From: an uncultured SAR86 cluster bacterium
GTDB taxonomy: Bacteria; Pseudomonadota; Gammaproteobacteria; Magnimaribacterales; AG-339-G14
Direction of reading: 5' to 3'
DNA length: 64,000 nucleotides
Assembly (NCBI GenBank): GCA_902604535.1
Contig: CACKZK010000006.1
Span: 789 to 64,788, forward strand
This document shows, one piece after another, positions 38,362-49,822 of the stretch. How positions within the stretch are numbered: the stretch's first letter is position 1; every line of letters starts with the position of its first letter. Below the pieces are notes generated by a model, which did no database searches, was not told the origin of the DNA, and saw only the letters and a program-made list of their open reading frames with translations. A program made the translations under genes and the position numbers.

Positions 38362-39849
38362 ATGGCTTCAACAAAATCTGATCAAAATCCAGATAAAAGA
38401 GATAGATCTAAACCTAATGACTATCTTTCCGATTGGATTAAAAGACAATCTTTAGTGGAAAAGATGATTCCCTTGATCGGAAATCTTCACAGGGAACAAA
38501 ACGTAAGAATACTTCTGTACGGAAATCCTCTAATAACTTTATCTGTATCTCAAATTATGCAAGAGCATAGATTGGTGAGAGAAACTGAAAAAAATGAGCT
38601 CAGTGAATTTGAATCATTCGAGGTGATAAACATACTTAACGATCTAGACCTTGGTCCTTGCGAAATAGATGTAGGCATTATCGCTGCGGGATATATGTTC
38701 GATTCTAAATCTTTATCCCTTGAGGAATTTGTTAAAGAACAAGTTGTAGATGCTATTGGTGATAAAAATCCAGTGCTTCAAAAACCTCAAGACATAGTTT
38801 TGTTTGGGTTTGGAAGGATTGGAAGATTAATTACAAGACTTTTACTTGAAGATACCGGCTCAGGGGAAACATTATCCTTGAAAGCAATAGTTGTCAGAAA
38901 AAAAAGTGATGATGACTTATTCAAAAGAGCCGAATTAATGAGAAGAGATTCTGTTCATGGAAATTTTAAAGGGACTATAAGGGTAGATTTAGATGAATAT
39001 GGATTGGTGATCAACGGAAATCTAATTAGATTTATAGATGGAGATCCATCTAATATAGATTACAAAAAATACGGAATAGAAAATGCTTTAATAATTGACA
39101 ATTCGGGAGCTTGGAGAGATGAGAAAGGTTTATCAGAACATTTAAAATCGAAGGGAGTTAGTAAGGTGCTCTTAACAGCTCCCACTAAACCTCCTTTAAA
39201 AAATATTGTTTATGGAGTAAATGAAAGTGACCTAAACAATACAGATAAGATTGTTGGTGCTGCGTCATGTACAACAAATGCAATTGTTCCTCTTTTAAAA
39301 GCTCTAGACGATGATTATGGAATAATTAATGGACATGTTGAAACAATTCATTCCTACACCAATGATCAAAATTTAATAGATAATTACCATTCAAAATCTA
39401 GAAGAGGAAGAAGTGCCGCTTTGAATATGGTTATTACGGAAACCGGAGCTGCTTCTGCTGTCAGTCAGATTCTTCCAAACTTAAAAGGAAAACTAACTGC
39501 AAATGCAATTAGAGTTCCTACTCCCAATGTATCATTAGCAATCCTTAAACTTTCGCTAAACAAATCTTTAAATGACAAAGAAACGGCAAATGAATATTTC
39601 AGACAATTAGCTTTTCATTCTATATACAAAGACCAAATTGATTTTACTAATTCTTCAGAGATAGTTTCATCTGATTTAGTTGGAAGTAGGTATGCTTGCG
39701 TAATTGATTCTGAAGCAACTATCTGCGATGACAAACAAATAGTTATTTATGCCTGGTATGACAATGAACTTGGTTACTGTATCCAACTTTTAAGAGTAAT
39801 TAAAAGTCTAGCAGGAATTAAATATAAGCGACTCCCTTACTTTTTATAA
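38362..39849 (+). CDS. gap: Glyceraldehyde-3-phosphate dehydrogenase, long form with a ~130-aa N-terminal extension
   Basis: NAD-binding GFGRIGR, catalytic SCTTNA, and WYDNE near the C-terminus. 495 aa. Confidence 0.88.
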   Translation: MASTKSDQNPDKRDRSKPNDYLSDWIKRQSLVEKMIPLIGNLHREQNVRILLYGNPLITLSVSQIMQEHRLVRETEKNELSEFESFEVINILNDLDLGPCEIDVGIIAAGYMFDSKSLSLEEFVKEQVVDAIGDKNPVLQKPQDIVLFGFGRIGRLITRLLLEDTGSGETLSLKAIVVRKKSDDDLFKRAELMRRDSVHGNFKGTIRVDLDEYGLVINGNLIRFIDGDPSNIDYKKYGIENALIIDNSGAWRDEKGLSEHLKSKGVSKVLLTAPTKPPLKNIVYGVNESDLNNTDKIVGAASCTTNAIVPLLKALDDDYGIINGHVETIHSYTNDQNLIDNYHSKSRRGRSAALNMVITETGAASAVSQILPNLKGKLTANAIRVPTPNVSLAILKLSLNKSLNDKETANEYFRQLAFHSIYKDQIDFTNSSEIVSSDLVGSRYACVIDSEATICDDKQIVIYAWYDNELGYCIQLLRVIKSLAGIKYKRLPYFL

Positions 39850-41201
39850 TGAGAAGTATCAATATATCGAAAGGTTTAGATATTCCTATTTCCGGCGAGA
39901 TTACCGATTTAGCAATTACTAATTATCTTACTAAGAAAGTAGCAGTTCTTGGAAAAGACTACCATGACTTAAAACCTACAATGCTTGTTAAAATTGGTGA
40001 TCAAGTTAAAAAGGGTCAAAAATTATTAGAGGATAAAAAAATTCCAGGTTTATTCCTAGTTGCACCTGTATCAGGAGAAGTAATTGAGATTAATAGAGGC
40101 GAGAGAAGAGCTTTTGAATCTTTAGTAATTGAATGTAATGACAATAGTGAAGAAAAAATTTTCATAGAAAACCCCTCAAATTTTGAACTTAAGAAGGATA
40201 ATGTAAGAGACATTTTAATTGACAGCGGATTATGGACTAATTTAAAGAAAAGACCGTTTTCAAAAGTTCCTAATGTTGACGAAAATGTTGATGAAATATT
40301 CATCTCTTGTTTGGACACAAATCCTCTTTCTTTTGATCCAGAAATATTTATTAAACAAAATCTTAATGATTTTAATAAAGGCCTGGAAATTTTATCTTTA
40401 ATAACATCTAAGTATGTGCATATTTCTTCGAAAATAGGTTCTAATCTCTTCGTTGAAAGCGATAAAGTAAAGCTTTATGAGTTTAATGATTTACACCCCG
40501 CTGGAAACGTAGGTACACAAATACATTACATTTCACCATTAGGAAGGAATAAATCTGTTTGGACAATAAATTATCAACATGTTTGTCAAATTGGGTATAT
40601 GTTTAATTTTGGTAGATTATCATTTAAGAAGCTTTTAAGCGTTGCAGGTCCTCAAGTGAAGACTCCCTTTCTACTTGAGACTATAAGCGGTGCTGATGTA
40701 ACAGAAATAATGAAAGATAAGCTTCTGCAAGGGCCGAATAGAGTTGTTTCTGGATCAGTATTATCTGGCCGGAATGCTGCTGAAAATGAGTCTTTTGTTG
40801 GTCATTTTCATAATCAAATATCAGTTCTAAGAGAAGTTGAAGATGATGATAGAGAATTATTTAACTGGTTTAGACCGGATTTGAAGAAACATTCTTTTTT
40901 ACCAGTTTTTTTCACTAAATTTTTTGAAAAAATTAATCCTTTGAAGTTTACTACGTCGATGAATGGTGCAGATAGAGCAATTGTTCCAATTGGTGTATAC
41001 GAAGATGTTTTGCCTTTCAACATAATGGCAACTCAACTATTAAAAAGCATTGTTCTAAGAGATACAGAAGAAGCTCAAGATCTAGGTATCTTGGAGTTTG
41101 ATGAGGAAGATTTAAGTCTTGCTACGTATGTCTGTCCCAGTAAATATGACTTTGGTTCTATCCTGAGAGAAAATTTAAAAATAATAGAGGACGAGGGATA
41201 A
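39849..41201 (+). CDS. nqrA: Na+-translocating NADH:quinone oxidoreductase subunit A
   Basis: MRSINISKGLDIPISG N-terminus. First gene of the nqr operon. Confidence 0.93.
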   Translation: MRSINISKGLDIPISGEITDLAITNYLTKKVAVLGKDYHDLKPTMLVKIGDQVKKGQKLLEDKKIPGLFLVAPVSGEVIEINRGERRAFESLVIECNDNSEEKIFIENPSNFELKKDNVRDILIDSGLWTNLKKRPFSKVPNVDENVDEIFISCLDTNPLSFDPEIFIKQNLNDFNKGLEILSLITSKYVHISSKIGSNLFVESDKVKLYEFNDLHPAGNVGTQIHYISPLGRNKSVWTINYQHVCQIGYMFNFGRLSFKKLLSVAGPQVKTPFLLETISGADVTEIMKDKLLQGPNRVVSGSVLSGRNAAENESFVGHFHNQISVLREVEDDDRELFNWFRPDLKKHSFLPVFFTKFFEKINPLKFTTSMNGADRAIVPIGVYEDVLPFNIMATQLLKSIVLRDTEEAQDLGILEFDEEDLSLATYVCPSKYDFGSILRENLKIIEDEG

Positions 41202-41205
41202 AAAA

Positions 41206-42432
41206 ATGTCTGATCCGTTAAGAAATTTTTTAGATAAAACCAAGCCAAATTTTCAAAAAGATGGTGCGTGGTCAAAATATTTTCCATTATTTGATGTTTT
41301 TGAAAATTTATTTTATTCATCTTCAAGAAAAACTTCTGGAATTACTCATGTTAGAGATGGTTCAGATATCCAAAGAGTCATGGCTATTGTTTGGATGGCA
41401 ACGTTCCCAACAATGTTTTTTGGAATGTACAACTTAGGTTATCAATCTTTGATAGCAATAGATGCTTTAAATGCTGCAGGCCAAGAATTTGCAAAAGATT
41501 GGCATTGGCCAATTATTGAATTAGTTTCTGGTTTAAATCCAAATAATATTTTTGACTGTATCGCTTACGGTGCAGTTTTCTTCATGCCAATTTACTTAGT
41601 AACCTTTATTGTAGGAATTTTTTGGGAAGCTATTTTTGCTGTTGTAAGAGGCCATGAAATCAGTGAAGGTGCTTTTGTAACAACAGTTTTATTTGCACTA
41701 TCATGTCCTCCAAATGCACCTCTCTGGCAGGTTGCCTTGGGCATAACTGTTGGGCTCGTAATAGGAAAAGAAATCTTTGGCGGAACAGGTAAGAATTTTT
41801 TAAATCCAGCTTTAACAGGAAGAGCTTTTTTATACTTCGCATACCCTGCATCTTGGTCTGGTGACTTATCCTGGGTCGCTGTTGATGGTTACTCCGCTGC
41901 CACCATTTTAGGTCTTTCAGCTGAGTCTGGTTATCAATTTCTTCCAGAATCTTATAACTGGTCAAATGCATTTTTAGGTTTTATACCTGGGTCTATTGGG
42001 GAAACTTCAACGCTTGCAATTTTAGTTGGTTTAGCAGTACTGCTTTTTACAAGAGTTGCATCATGGAGAGTTATTTCGGGAGTCTTATTAGGCACAATAC
42101 TCACCTCTATGCTTTTTAATATCATTGGAAGTGATACCAATCCTATGTTTTCGATGCCATTTTGGTGGCATATGGTTGTTGGTGGTTATGCCTTTGGAAT
42201 GGTATTCATGGCAACAGAGCCAGTTTCAGGCTCACATACAAATAACGGACGATGGATATACGGATTTACTATAGGAATTTTGGTTGTTCTAATTCGAGTT
42301 GTAAATCCTGCTTTTCCAGAAGGAATGATGCTTGCAATTTTATTTGCAAACTTAACCTCACCGCTAATTGATTATTTTGTAGTTAAGCAAAATACAAAAC
42401 GAAGAAATAAGGTCATTTATGCAGAAAGATAG
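41206..42432 (+). CDS. nqrB: Na+-NQR subunit B
   Basis: Polytopic protein with an FMN-attachment region (DGYSAATIL-type SGAT context) and GKEIFGGTGKNFLNPAL. Confidence 0.93.
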   Translation: MSDPLRNFLDKTKPNFQKDGAWSKYFPLFDVFENLFYSSSRKTSGITHVRDGSDIQRVMAIVWMATFPTMFFGMYNLGYQSLIAIDALNAAGQEFAKDWHWPIIELVSGLNPNNIFDCIAYGAVFFMPIYLVTFIVGIFWEAIFAVVRGHEISEGAFVTTVLFALSCPPNAPLWQVALGITVGLVIGKEIFGGTGKNFLNPALTGRAFLYFAYPASWSGDLSWVAVDGYSAATILGLSAESGYQFLPESYNWSNAFLGFIPGSIGETSTLAILVGLAVLLFTRVASWRVISGVLLGTILTSMLFNIIGSDTNPMFSMPFWWHMVVGGYAFGMVFMATEPVSGSHTNNGRWIYGFTIGILVVLIRVVNPAFPEGMMLAILFANLTSPLIDYFVVKQNTKRRNKVIYAER

Positions 42433-43201
42433 CATTAAAAATATTCTTCTTGTTGGAATTGGTTTATGTGTTGTCTGTGGTGCAGTCATATCTACTGTTG
42501 CTGTCTCGCTAAAAGATCAGCAAGAACAAAACGTAATATTTGATCAACAAAGTAAAATCATAGATGCTGCCAGATTACTTGAAGTTTATCCCTCATCACA
42601 AGAAGCATTAGCTTCGATTGAGGAAGTAGTTGTTAATCTTGATGAAGGTCAAGCTTCAGACTTTCCTGCAGATCAATATGATTTAGACACCATACTAAGA
42701 GATTCATCTCAGCACACAGTTCTTGATGGGTCTGATGATATTGCGATGATAAGTGTTAGAGAAAATCTGTCAAAAGTTTACATTGAATACAGAAATAATG
42801 AACTAAAAACCTTAATTCTTCCAGTAAGAGGTTATGGTTTGTGGGGAACTTTATATGGTTACCTTGCCCTTGATTCAGATTTAAATACGATTGTAGGTTT
42901 AGAGTTCTACAAACATAAGGAAACGCCTGGATTGGGAGCAGAAGTTGACAACCCCAACTGGAAAAAATTATGGAATGGAAAAAGGGTATACGATGAAAAT
43001 GGTTTAGTGCAGATCTCAGTCATTAAAGGTTTTTCTAATCCAGAAAATGCCGAATATTCTTATGAAGTAGACGGTTTATCTGGTGCAACTATAACTAGCA
43101 AGGGAGTTTCAAATCTTCTTGCTTTTTGGTTGGGTAACGAAGGGTTTGGTCCTTTCATCAATAATTTAAAGAATAAAGATATAAAGTTAAGCGATGTCTA
43201 A
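42419..43201 (+). CDS. nqrC: Na+-NQR subunit C
   Basis: Single N-terminal TM. Covalent-FMN motif [13 protein letters not shown]. Confidence 0.93.
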   Translation: MQKDSIKNILLVGIGLCVVCGAVISTVAVSLKDQQEQNVIFDQQSKIIDAARLLEVYPSSQEALASIEEVVVNLDEGQASDFPADQYDLDTILRDSSQHTVLDGSDDIAMISVRENLSKVYIEYRNNELKTLILPVRGYGLWGTLYGYLALDSDLNTIVGLEFYKHKETPGLGAEVDNPNWKKLWNGKRVYDENGLVQISVIKGFSNPENAEYSYEVDGLSGATITSKGVSNLLAFWLGNEGFGPFINNLKNKDIKLSDV

Positions 43202-43865
43202 GTTTAAAGAAATTTTATTGACGCCTATCTTCAAAGATAATCCAATAGCTTTACAAATACTCGGTATTTGTTCTGCTTTAGCTGTTACTAGCAAGCTTTA
43301 TCCAACATTAATAATGTGCGTTGCTTTAACTATCACTGTCAGCCTATCAAATTTCTTTATTTCTCTTATAAGAAATATTATTCCCACCAACATAAGAATT
43401 ATTGTCCAAATGACAATTATCTCTTCACTAGTAATTTTGGTAGATCAATTTCTTAAAGCTTACGATTATGAAACGAGTAAAACATTATCTGTCTTTGTTG
43501 GATTAATTATTACCAATTGTATTGTAATGGGAAGAGCAGAAGCATTTGCCATGCAGAATTCTCCTGGAGTTAGTTTCTTAGATGGTTTGGGTAATGGATT
43601 GGGGTATAGCTTAATCTTAATTGTTGTAGGAACTATAAGAGAGTTATTGGGTTCCGGCCAATTACTTGGAATTGATATTTTAACTACTACTCAAAATGGG
43701 GGATGGTATGTTGGGAATAATTTCTTTTTATTAGCACCGAGCTCCTTTCTGATAATAGGATTATTTATATGGGCTCTTAGATCTTGGAAAACTGAACAAG
43801 TTGAAGAGAAAGAATTTCTTATGAGTAAAAATGCTCCTAAAGAGGTAGAAACTCATCATGCTTGA
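43194..43865 (+). CDS. nqrD: Na+-NQR subunit D
   Basis: RnfE/NqrD-type 6-TM protein ([32 protein letters not shown]). Confidence 0.93.
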   Translation: MSKFKEILLTPIFKDNPIALQILGICSALAVTSKLYPTLIMCVALTITVSLSNFFISLIRNIIPTNIRIIVQMTIISSLVILVDQFLKAYDYETSKTLSVFVGLIITNCIVMGRAEAFAMQNSPGVSFLDGLGNGLGYSLILIVVGTIRELLGSGQLLGIDILTTTQNGGWYVGNNFFLLAPSSFLIIGLFIWALRSWKTEQVEEKEFLMSKNAPKEVETHHA

Positions 43866-44469
43866 GCATTATCTTTCTATTTTTATCTCCTCAATTTTCA
43901 TAGAGAACTTAGCTTTATCTGTATTTCTTGGCATGTGTACATTTTTAGCTATTTCTAAAAAAATTGAGGCTGCCATTGGACTTGGAATTGCAGTAATCGT
44001 TGTATTAGCTATAACGGTACCTTTAAATAATATTATTTATAATTTTTTACTTAGAGACGGGGCTTTAACTTGGCTTGGCTATCCCGATGTATCTTTAGAG
44101 TTTGTTGGTTTAATCAGTTATATAGGAGTAATAGCTGCTTGTGTTCAAATTCTTGAGATGTTTTTAGATAAATATGTCCCAAAACTTTATACAGCTTTGG
44201 GAATATTTCTTCCTCTTATAACTGTCAATTGTGCAATTCTCGGTGCTTCATTATTCATGGTAGAAAAGAACTTAGATTTTGGAGAAAGCGTTGTTTACGG
44301 TCTTGGAGGAGGAGTAGGTTGGGCTTTAGCAATTGTTTTATTAGCGGGAATTAGAGAAAAATTAAAATACAGTGATATTCCAGATGGTCTTGAAGGATTA
44401 GGTATTACCTTTATAACTGTTGGTTTGATGACCTTTGGTTTTATGTCGTTTGGAGGAATAATACTCTGA
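43858..44469 (+). CDS. nqrE: Na+-NQR subunit E
   Basis: RnfA/NqrE-type protein ([26 protein letters not shown]). Confidence 0.93.
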   Translation: MLEHYLSIFISSIFIENLALSVFLGMCTFLAISKKIEAAIGLGIAVIVVLAITVPLNNIIYNFLLRDGALTWLGYPDVSLEFVGLISYIGVIAACVQILEMFLDKYVPKLYTALGIFLPLITVNCAILGASLFMVEKNLDFGESVVYGLGGGVGWALAIVLLAGIREKLKYSDIPDGLEGLGITFITVGLMTFGFMSFGGIIL

Positions 44470-45699
44470 ATGATTAACTTAGATCTTATATTTGGAATTG
44501 CGACTTTTACGGTAATAGTAAATCTCATGATTTTTGTTATCCTTTTTGCGAGATCTAGATTGGTTTCTACTGGTGACGTTTCTATCCAAATTAATGGAGA
44601 CCAAGATAAAGTGATCACAGTTCCTGCTGGTGGAAAGTTATTACAGACCCTAGCTTCAGAAAATTTATTTCTTTCTTCCGCATGCGGAGGAGGGGGAACA
44701 TGTTCTCAATGTCGATGTCAGGTATTCGAAGGTGGAGGATCCATACTTTCAACCGAAGAAGCTCATTTTAATAATAAAGAAAAAAGAGAAGGTTGGAGAT
44801 TATCATGTCAAGTACCAGTGAAGGCAGATATGAAAATTACTGTTCCCGATGAAGTTTTTGGAGTAAAAAAATGGGAAACAACTGTTATTTCCAATGATAA
44901 CGTTGCCACTTTTATAAAAGAATTAGTTCTGAAATTGCCTGATGGAGAAAATGTTGGATTTGATGCAGGTGGTTATGTACAAATGGAAATCCCTCCCTAT
45001 ACTGCAGATTATAAATCTTTTGACGTAAAAGATATTTACAGAGGAGATTGGGAAAAATTTAAAGTTTTCGATAATGTTGCTACGGTTGGAGTGCCAGTTA
45101 TAAGAGCATATTCAATGGCAAATTATCCTGAAGAGAAAGGGATAATGAAATTTAACATCAGACTTGCTAGCCCACCTCCTGGAACAAGCTTTCCTCCTGG
45201 AGAAGCTTCATCTTACTTATTTAATCTTAAGCCTGGCGATAATTTAACAATATTTGGTCCCTTTGGAGAATTCATGGCCAAAAACACACCTAATGAAATG
45301 GTGTTTATCGGTGGTGGTGCAGGAATGGCGCCTATGAGATCACATATTTTTGATCAACTATTAAGATTAGATTCTTCGAGAAAAATAACTTTTTGGTATG
45401 GTGCTCGTAGTTTAAAAGAAATGTTCTATATTGATGATTTTAATAAGTTACAAGATAAATACGAGAATTTTACTTGGCATGCTGCTTTATCAGATCCCTT
45501 ACCAGAAGATGATTGGAATGGCATGAACGGCTTTATTCACCAAGTATTGTTTGATAATTATTTAAAAGATCACCCGGCCCCAGAAGATTGTGAATATTAT
45601 ATGTGTGGTCCTCCTCCGATGATGGATGCTTGCTTTAAGATGCTTGATAACCTTGGGGTAGAGCCTGAGAATATCATGTTTGATGACTTTGGCAGTTAG
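44470..45699 (+). CDS. nqrF: Na+-NQR subunit F
   Basis: N-terminal TM, 2Fe-2S ferredoxin motif ([12 protein letters not shown]), and an FNR-like FAD/NADH domain ([28 protein letters not shown]). Confidence 0.95.
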   Translation: MINLDLIFGIATFTVIVNLMIFVILFARSRLVSTGDVSIQINGDQDKVITVPAGGKLLQTLASENLFLSSACGGGGTCSQCRCQVFEGGGSILSTEEAHFNNKEKREGWRLSCQVPVKADMKITVPDEVFGVKKWETTVISNDNVATFIKELVLKLPDGENVGFDAGGYVQMEIPPYTADYKSFDVKDIYRGDWEKFKVFDNVATVGVPVIRAYSMANYPEEKGIMKFNIRLASPPPGTSFPPGEASSYLFNLKPGDNLTIFGPFGEFMAKNTPNEMVFIGGGAGMAPMRSHIFDQLLRLDSSRKITFWYGARSLKEMFYIDDFNKLQDKYENFTWHAALSDPLPEDDWNGMNGFIHQVLFDNYLKDHPAPEDCEYYMCGPPPMMDACFKMLDNLGVEPENIMFDDFGS

Positions 45700-46651
45700 A
45701 TACCTCTATATATTTTTATTCCTTTTAACAGGATGCGTTTCAAGTGAAAAGCAATTTCAAGGTTATATATTTGGGACTTACTACAATATTAAAATTTCAG
45801 ATCCTCAAAACTTGAGCAGTATCCAATCAACCATTGATTCAAAACTTCATGAGATAGATATGCTGTTTTCAAATTATAAAAATGATTCTTACTTAATGAA
45901 ATTCAACAGAAAGGAAAAACAGATATTTAATGATGATTTTGATAGTTTACTGAATCATTCGATTAAAATATGTGAGTTTGTAAATCAAAACTTCAATATT
46001 TTTTCGGGCAGTTTAGTGAATCTTTGGGGTTTTGGGCCTCTAAAAAGAACAGGCTTACCAAAAAATGAAGATATAGATAAAGTTATACCTAATGGATGCA
46101 ACTCTTCTTCAAATGATCATTTAGAGATTGACTTTTCTGCAATTGCTAAAGGTCATGCAGTAGATGAGATATCAAGACTATTAGATAATCAGAATTTAAA
46201 AAACTACTTTATAGATATAGGTGGAGAAATTCTTATTAAAGGGAATAAGAAAAAATCACCTTGGATCGTTTGTATAGAGAACCCAGATATCAGTAGAAGT
46301 AAACCCATTAAATGTTTATCCAAAAAGGATAACGAGAAGTATATGGCCATTGCAACTTCGGGTGATTACAGAAATTTTTTCACTCTTGATAATAAACGTT
46401 ATTCACATACTATTGATCCAAAGTCAGGTTTTCCTATTTCAAATAATTTAGCATCTGTCTCTGTAGCTTTGCCTGGACAGTTTAGACATACAGGTGATGC
46501 AGACGCTTTGGCAACTGCCTTAAATGTTATGGGACTAAATAATGGCTTTGAATTTGCGGTAGAAAATTCAATTGCTGCATTGTTTGTTTTTAAGTCAGAA
46601 AATGAATTTTCTATTAGAATGACTCCATCTTTTGAAGATATAATTCATTAA
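45683..46651 (+). CDS. apbE: FAD:protein FMN transferase ApbE (lipoprotein)
   Basis: Lipobox LLTGC. ApbE motifs ([41 protein letters not shown]). The track start TTG 45680 is followed immediately by ATG 45683. Confidence 0.9.
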   Translation: MTLAVRYLYIFLFLLTGCVSSEKQFQGYIFGTYYNIKISDPQNLSSIQSTIDSKLHEIDMLFSNYKNDSYLMKFNRKEKQIFNDDFDSLLNHSIKICEFVNQNFNIFSGSLVNLWGFGPLKRTGLPKNEDIDKVIPNGCNSSSNDHLEIDFSAIAKGHAVDEISRLLDNQNLKNYFIDIGGEILIKGNKKKSPWIVCIENPDISRSKPIKCLSKKDNEKYMAIATSGDYRNFFTLDNKRYSHTIDPKSGFPISNNLASVSVALPGQFRHTGDADALATALNVMGLNNGFEFAVENSIAALFVFKSENEFSIRMTPSFEDIIH

Positions 46652-46653
46652 CT

Positions 46654-46827
46654 ATGGCTACATTTGTATTTGCATCAATCGTTGTGATTCTTTCCATTCT
46701 TGGGTTAAGTTTGGGTTTAATCCTTAACAATAAGCCTTTACAAGGATCTTGTGGTGGCATGAGTAATCTTGATGGCGATTTAGAATGCAGCATCTGTGGT
46801 GGCAATCCAAACAAGTGTCCTAAGTAA
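46654..46827 (+). CDS. nqrM: (Na+)-NQR maturation factor NqrM (DUF539), 57 aa
   Basis: Not in the ORF track. My translation is MATFVFASIVVILSILGLSLGLILNNKPLQGSCGGMSNLDGDLECSICGGNPNKCPK: an N-terminal TM plus the conserved Cys pattern, in the canonical position after apbE. Confidence 0.85.
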   Translation: MATFVFASIVVILSILGLSLGLILNNKPLQGSCGGMSNLDGDLECSICGGNPNKCPK

Positions 46828-48432
46828 TTAGAACTGATTCATCGTATTATCTTTTCCGCCTGCTTTCAGAGCTTTATCTCCTGAAAAATACTCTTTGTGT
46901 GTATCACCAATTGTTGATCCAGCGAGATCTTGATGTTTGACAGATGACATATCTCTTCTTATTTCCTGTCTTTGTATTCCTTTGACATACGCTAACATTC
47001 CTTCATCACCAAAATAGCCTTCAGTTAAAGTAGCTGTTCCTAAAGCTGTCTCATGATAAGTGGGTAAGGTAATTAAGTGATGGAAGATTCCAGCTTCTCT
47101 AGAAGCATCTCTTTGGAAAGTTTTAATAAGTTCATCTGCTTCAATAGCTAAATCAGAATCATCAAATTTAATATCCATTAAACCTTTCGGATCTGATGCA
47201 GGATCTGGATAGGCTGAGACATCTTTACCTGATTCCAACCACTCTTTATAAACTTGCTCTCTAAAGGATAATGTCCAATTGAAAGATGGTGAATTGTTGT
47301 AGACTAGTTTGGCTTTAGGCTCTACTGTTCGTATAGCATTTACCATCTCTGCAATTTGTTGCACATTTGGTTTTTCTGTCTCAATCCAGAGCAGATCAGC
47401 TCCATTTTGTAGACTTGTTATGCAATCAAGGACAACTCTATCAAAACCAGTTCCTTCTTTGAACCTATATAAACCATTAGGTAGACGAACAGGTTTAACT
47501 AGCAGCCCGTTTTGATGAATGGTTATATCATTTTCATCAAGTTCATCCAGATTAGTTATTTCTTCTGTTTCAAGGAAAGAATTATATTGGTCTGCTAAGT
47601 CGCCTTGTTCATGCATGACCGGAACTTTTTGCGTTAGGCCTGCTCCTAAAGAATCAGTTCTGGCTACTATTAAACCGTTTTCAACTCCAAGTTCTAAAAA
47701 TGAATACCTAACTGCATTAATCTTATGTAAAAAATCTTCGTGAGGGACAGTCACTTTTCCATCTTGGTGTCCACATTGTTTTTCATCAGAGACTTGATTT
47801 TCAATTTGAATACAGCATGCTCCAGCTTGGATCATTTTTTTTGCTAACAAATATGTTGCTTCTTCATTACCAAATCCAGCATCAATATCTGCAATTATAG
47901 GGACAACATGAGTTTCAAAATTATCGATTTTGGAAATTACCGCTGATTCATCGCCGCCATTCTCTCTGACTTCATCTAATTCATTAAACAAATGTTGTAA
48001 TTCAACTGCGTCTGCTCTCTTTAAAAACGTATATATCTCTTTGATCAGATTTGGAACAGCTAACTTTTCATGCATACTTTGATCGGGGAGGGGACCAAAG
48101 TCTGATCTCAGTGCAGCAACCATCCATCCACTCAAATAAACATATCTTTTATTTGTCGTTTCTCTGGATTTTTTTATCTCCATCATCATTTGTTGGGCAG
48201 TAAAACCGTGCCAACATCCGAGAGATTGAGTATAAATAGATGAATCTCCATCGTACTCAGACATATCTTTATGCATTATGTCAGCAGTATATTTTGCTAT
48301 ATCCAATCCTGTTTTGAATCTATTTTGTAAATCCATTCTTGCTGCATTTTCAGCAGAAATGTTTTTGTATAAATCTCCACTTTTAGCTATTAATTGCTCA
48401 AAATGTTCTACAGTCTTTTTATAGTCAAGCAT
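46828..48432 (-). CDS. aceA: Isocitrate lyase (long, Pseudomonas-type ~530-aa form)
   Basis: ICL signature KQCGHQ (EKQCGHQDGKV) and IIADIDAGFGN. 534 aa. Confidence 0.92.
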   Translation of the reverse strand: MLDYKKTVEHFEQLIAKSGDLYKNISAENAARMDLQNRFKTGLDIAKYTADIMHKDMSEYDGDSSIYTQSLGCWHGFTAQQMMMEIKKSRETTNKRYVYLSGWMVAALRSDFGPLPDQSMHEKLAVPNLIKEIYTFLKRADAVELQHLFNELDEVRENGGDESAVISKIDNFETHVVPIIADIDAGFGNEEATYLLAKKMIQAGACCIQIENQVSDEKQCGHQDGKVTVPHEDFLHKINAVRYSFLELGVENGLIVARTDSLGAGLTQKVPVMHEQGDLADQYNSFLETEEITNLDELDENDITIHQNGLLVKPVRLPNGLYRFKEGTGFDRVVLDCITSLQNGADLLWIETEKPNVQQIAEMVNAIRTVEPKAKLVYNNSPSFNWTLSFREQVYKEWLESGKDVSAYPDPASDPKGLMDIKFDDSDLAIEADELIKTFQRDASREAGIFHHLITLPTYHETALGTATLTEGYFGDEGMLAYVKGIQRQEIRRDMSSVKHQDLAGSTIGDTHKEYFSGDKALKAGGKDNTMNQF

Positions 48433-48457
48433 TTACAGTCCTCTACTTAATGAATAC

Positions 48458-49822
48458 TTATTTTAATTTTGCTAGATAGCTAGCTAAGCCGATGTATTGT
48501 ATAGGAGATAACCTGAGAAGTTTAGCTTTATCTTCCTCAGAAATAGCAAGATTTTCTACCAAAGAAACATAACTTTTTTCACTTAATTTGTTTCCTCTTG
48601 TTATTTTTTTTATGATTTCATAACTGCTTGAAATTGCATTTTTTCTCATAACTGTCTGTATAGCTTCTGCCAGAACTTCCCAACTCTCTGTTAATTCTTT
48701 GTTGATTTTTAATTTATTTGGTTCCAGTTTATTTAAACCTTTATTTAATGAATTGAGAGAAATTTCTAAATAAGCAAAACAAAGACCTATATTTCTAGTG
48801 ACTGTTGAATCTGACAAGTCTCTTTGTAATCTAGAAATTTGCATTTTATTTTTAATGGCAGGAATGAGACTATTTGATAAGGTTAAATTTCCTTCAGCAT
48901 TTTCGAAATCAATTGGATTTACTTTGTGAGGCATTGTGGATGAACCAACCTCATTAGATGAAATTTTTTGTTTAAGATAATCTTTAGAAATATAAAGCCA
49001 AATATCTTTTGAAAAATCCAGTAATACATTATTTAAATTTTCTACATTGGATAACAAAAAAACCAGATTGTCTTTAAATTCTATTTGGGACGATATAAGG
49101 GAATATTCAAGATTGAATGAAGAGATAAACTTATTTGTGACTTTTGGCCAATTGATAGAAGAATCTAAGGCTTGGTGAGCATTAAAATTTCCAACGGCTC
49201 CATTAAATTTTGCTGCTTGTTTTGATTCATTGATTTTTTTTAGGTGAAAATTTATTCTGTTGAAGAAATTTTTAAATTCTTTTCCTAATGAAGTGGGGCT
49301 AGCTTTTTGACCATGAGTAAAAGAAAGCATAGAAATATTAGCCCATTTAGTCGCTAAACTTTTTATTTGCTTATTAAAAAACTTTAAATTGGGTAATAAA
49401 TATTCAGTTCTATATCTTTCTACCATCAAAGCATAGGAAAGATTATTGATATCTTCTGAGGTACAACAAATATGAACAAATTCACTTAATTTAGATAATC
49501 CTAATGATTCAAGCTGCTTGACGATATAAATTTCTACAGCTTTTACATCGTGATTAGTAACTTTTTCTATAGATTTAATCTTTGAGGCTTCTTTTAGGTC
49601 AAAATTAGTAAAAATATTTTCAATTTTTTTTTGATGATTTTTACTAATATTAGGAAGAAATTTCATGCTTTTTAAGTTTAGTAAAAACAATAACCAATTT
49701 ATCTCTACTTCTACTCTAGTTTTAATAAGAGCATATTCAGAAAAATAATTTTCAAGATCTTTTATTTTATTTTTATATCTACCATCAATAGGGGATATAG
49801 ATAAAAGTGATTCTTTAGTCAT
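48458..49822 (-). CDS. purB: Adenylosuccinate lyase
   Basis: SPIDGRY N-terminus. Fumarate-lyase signature GSSTMPHKVNP. Confidence 0.93.
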   Translation of the reverse strand: MTKESLLSISPIDGRYKNKIKDLENYFSEYALIKTRVEVEINWLLFLLNLKSMKFLPNISKNHQKKIENIFTNFDLKEASKIKSIEKVTNHDVKAVEIYIVKQLESLGLSKLSEFVHICCTSEDINNLSYALMVERYRTEYLLPNLKFFNKQIKSLATKWANISMLSFTHGQKASPTSLGKEFKNFFNRINFHLKKINESKQAAKFNGAVGNFNAHQALDSSINWPKVTNKFISSFNLEYSLISSQIEFKDNLVFLLSNVENLNNVLLDFSKDIWLYISKDYLKQKISSNEVGSSTMPHKVNPIDFENAEGNLTLSNSLIPAIKNKMQISRLQRDLSDSTVTRNIGLCFAYLEISLNSLNKGLNKLEPNKLKINKELTESWEVLAEAIQTVMRKNAISSSYEIIKKITRGNKLSEKSYVSLVENLAISEEDKAKLLRLSPIQYIGLASYLAKLK

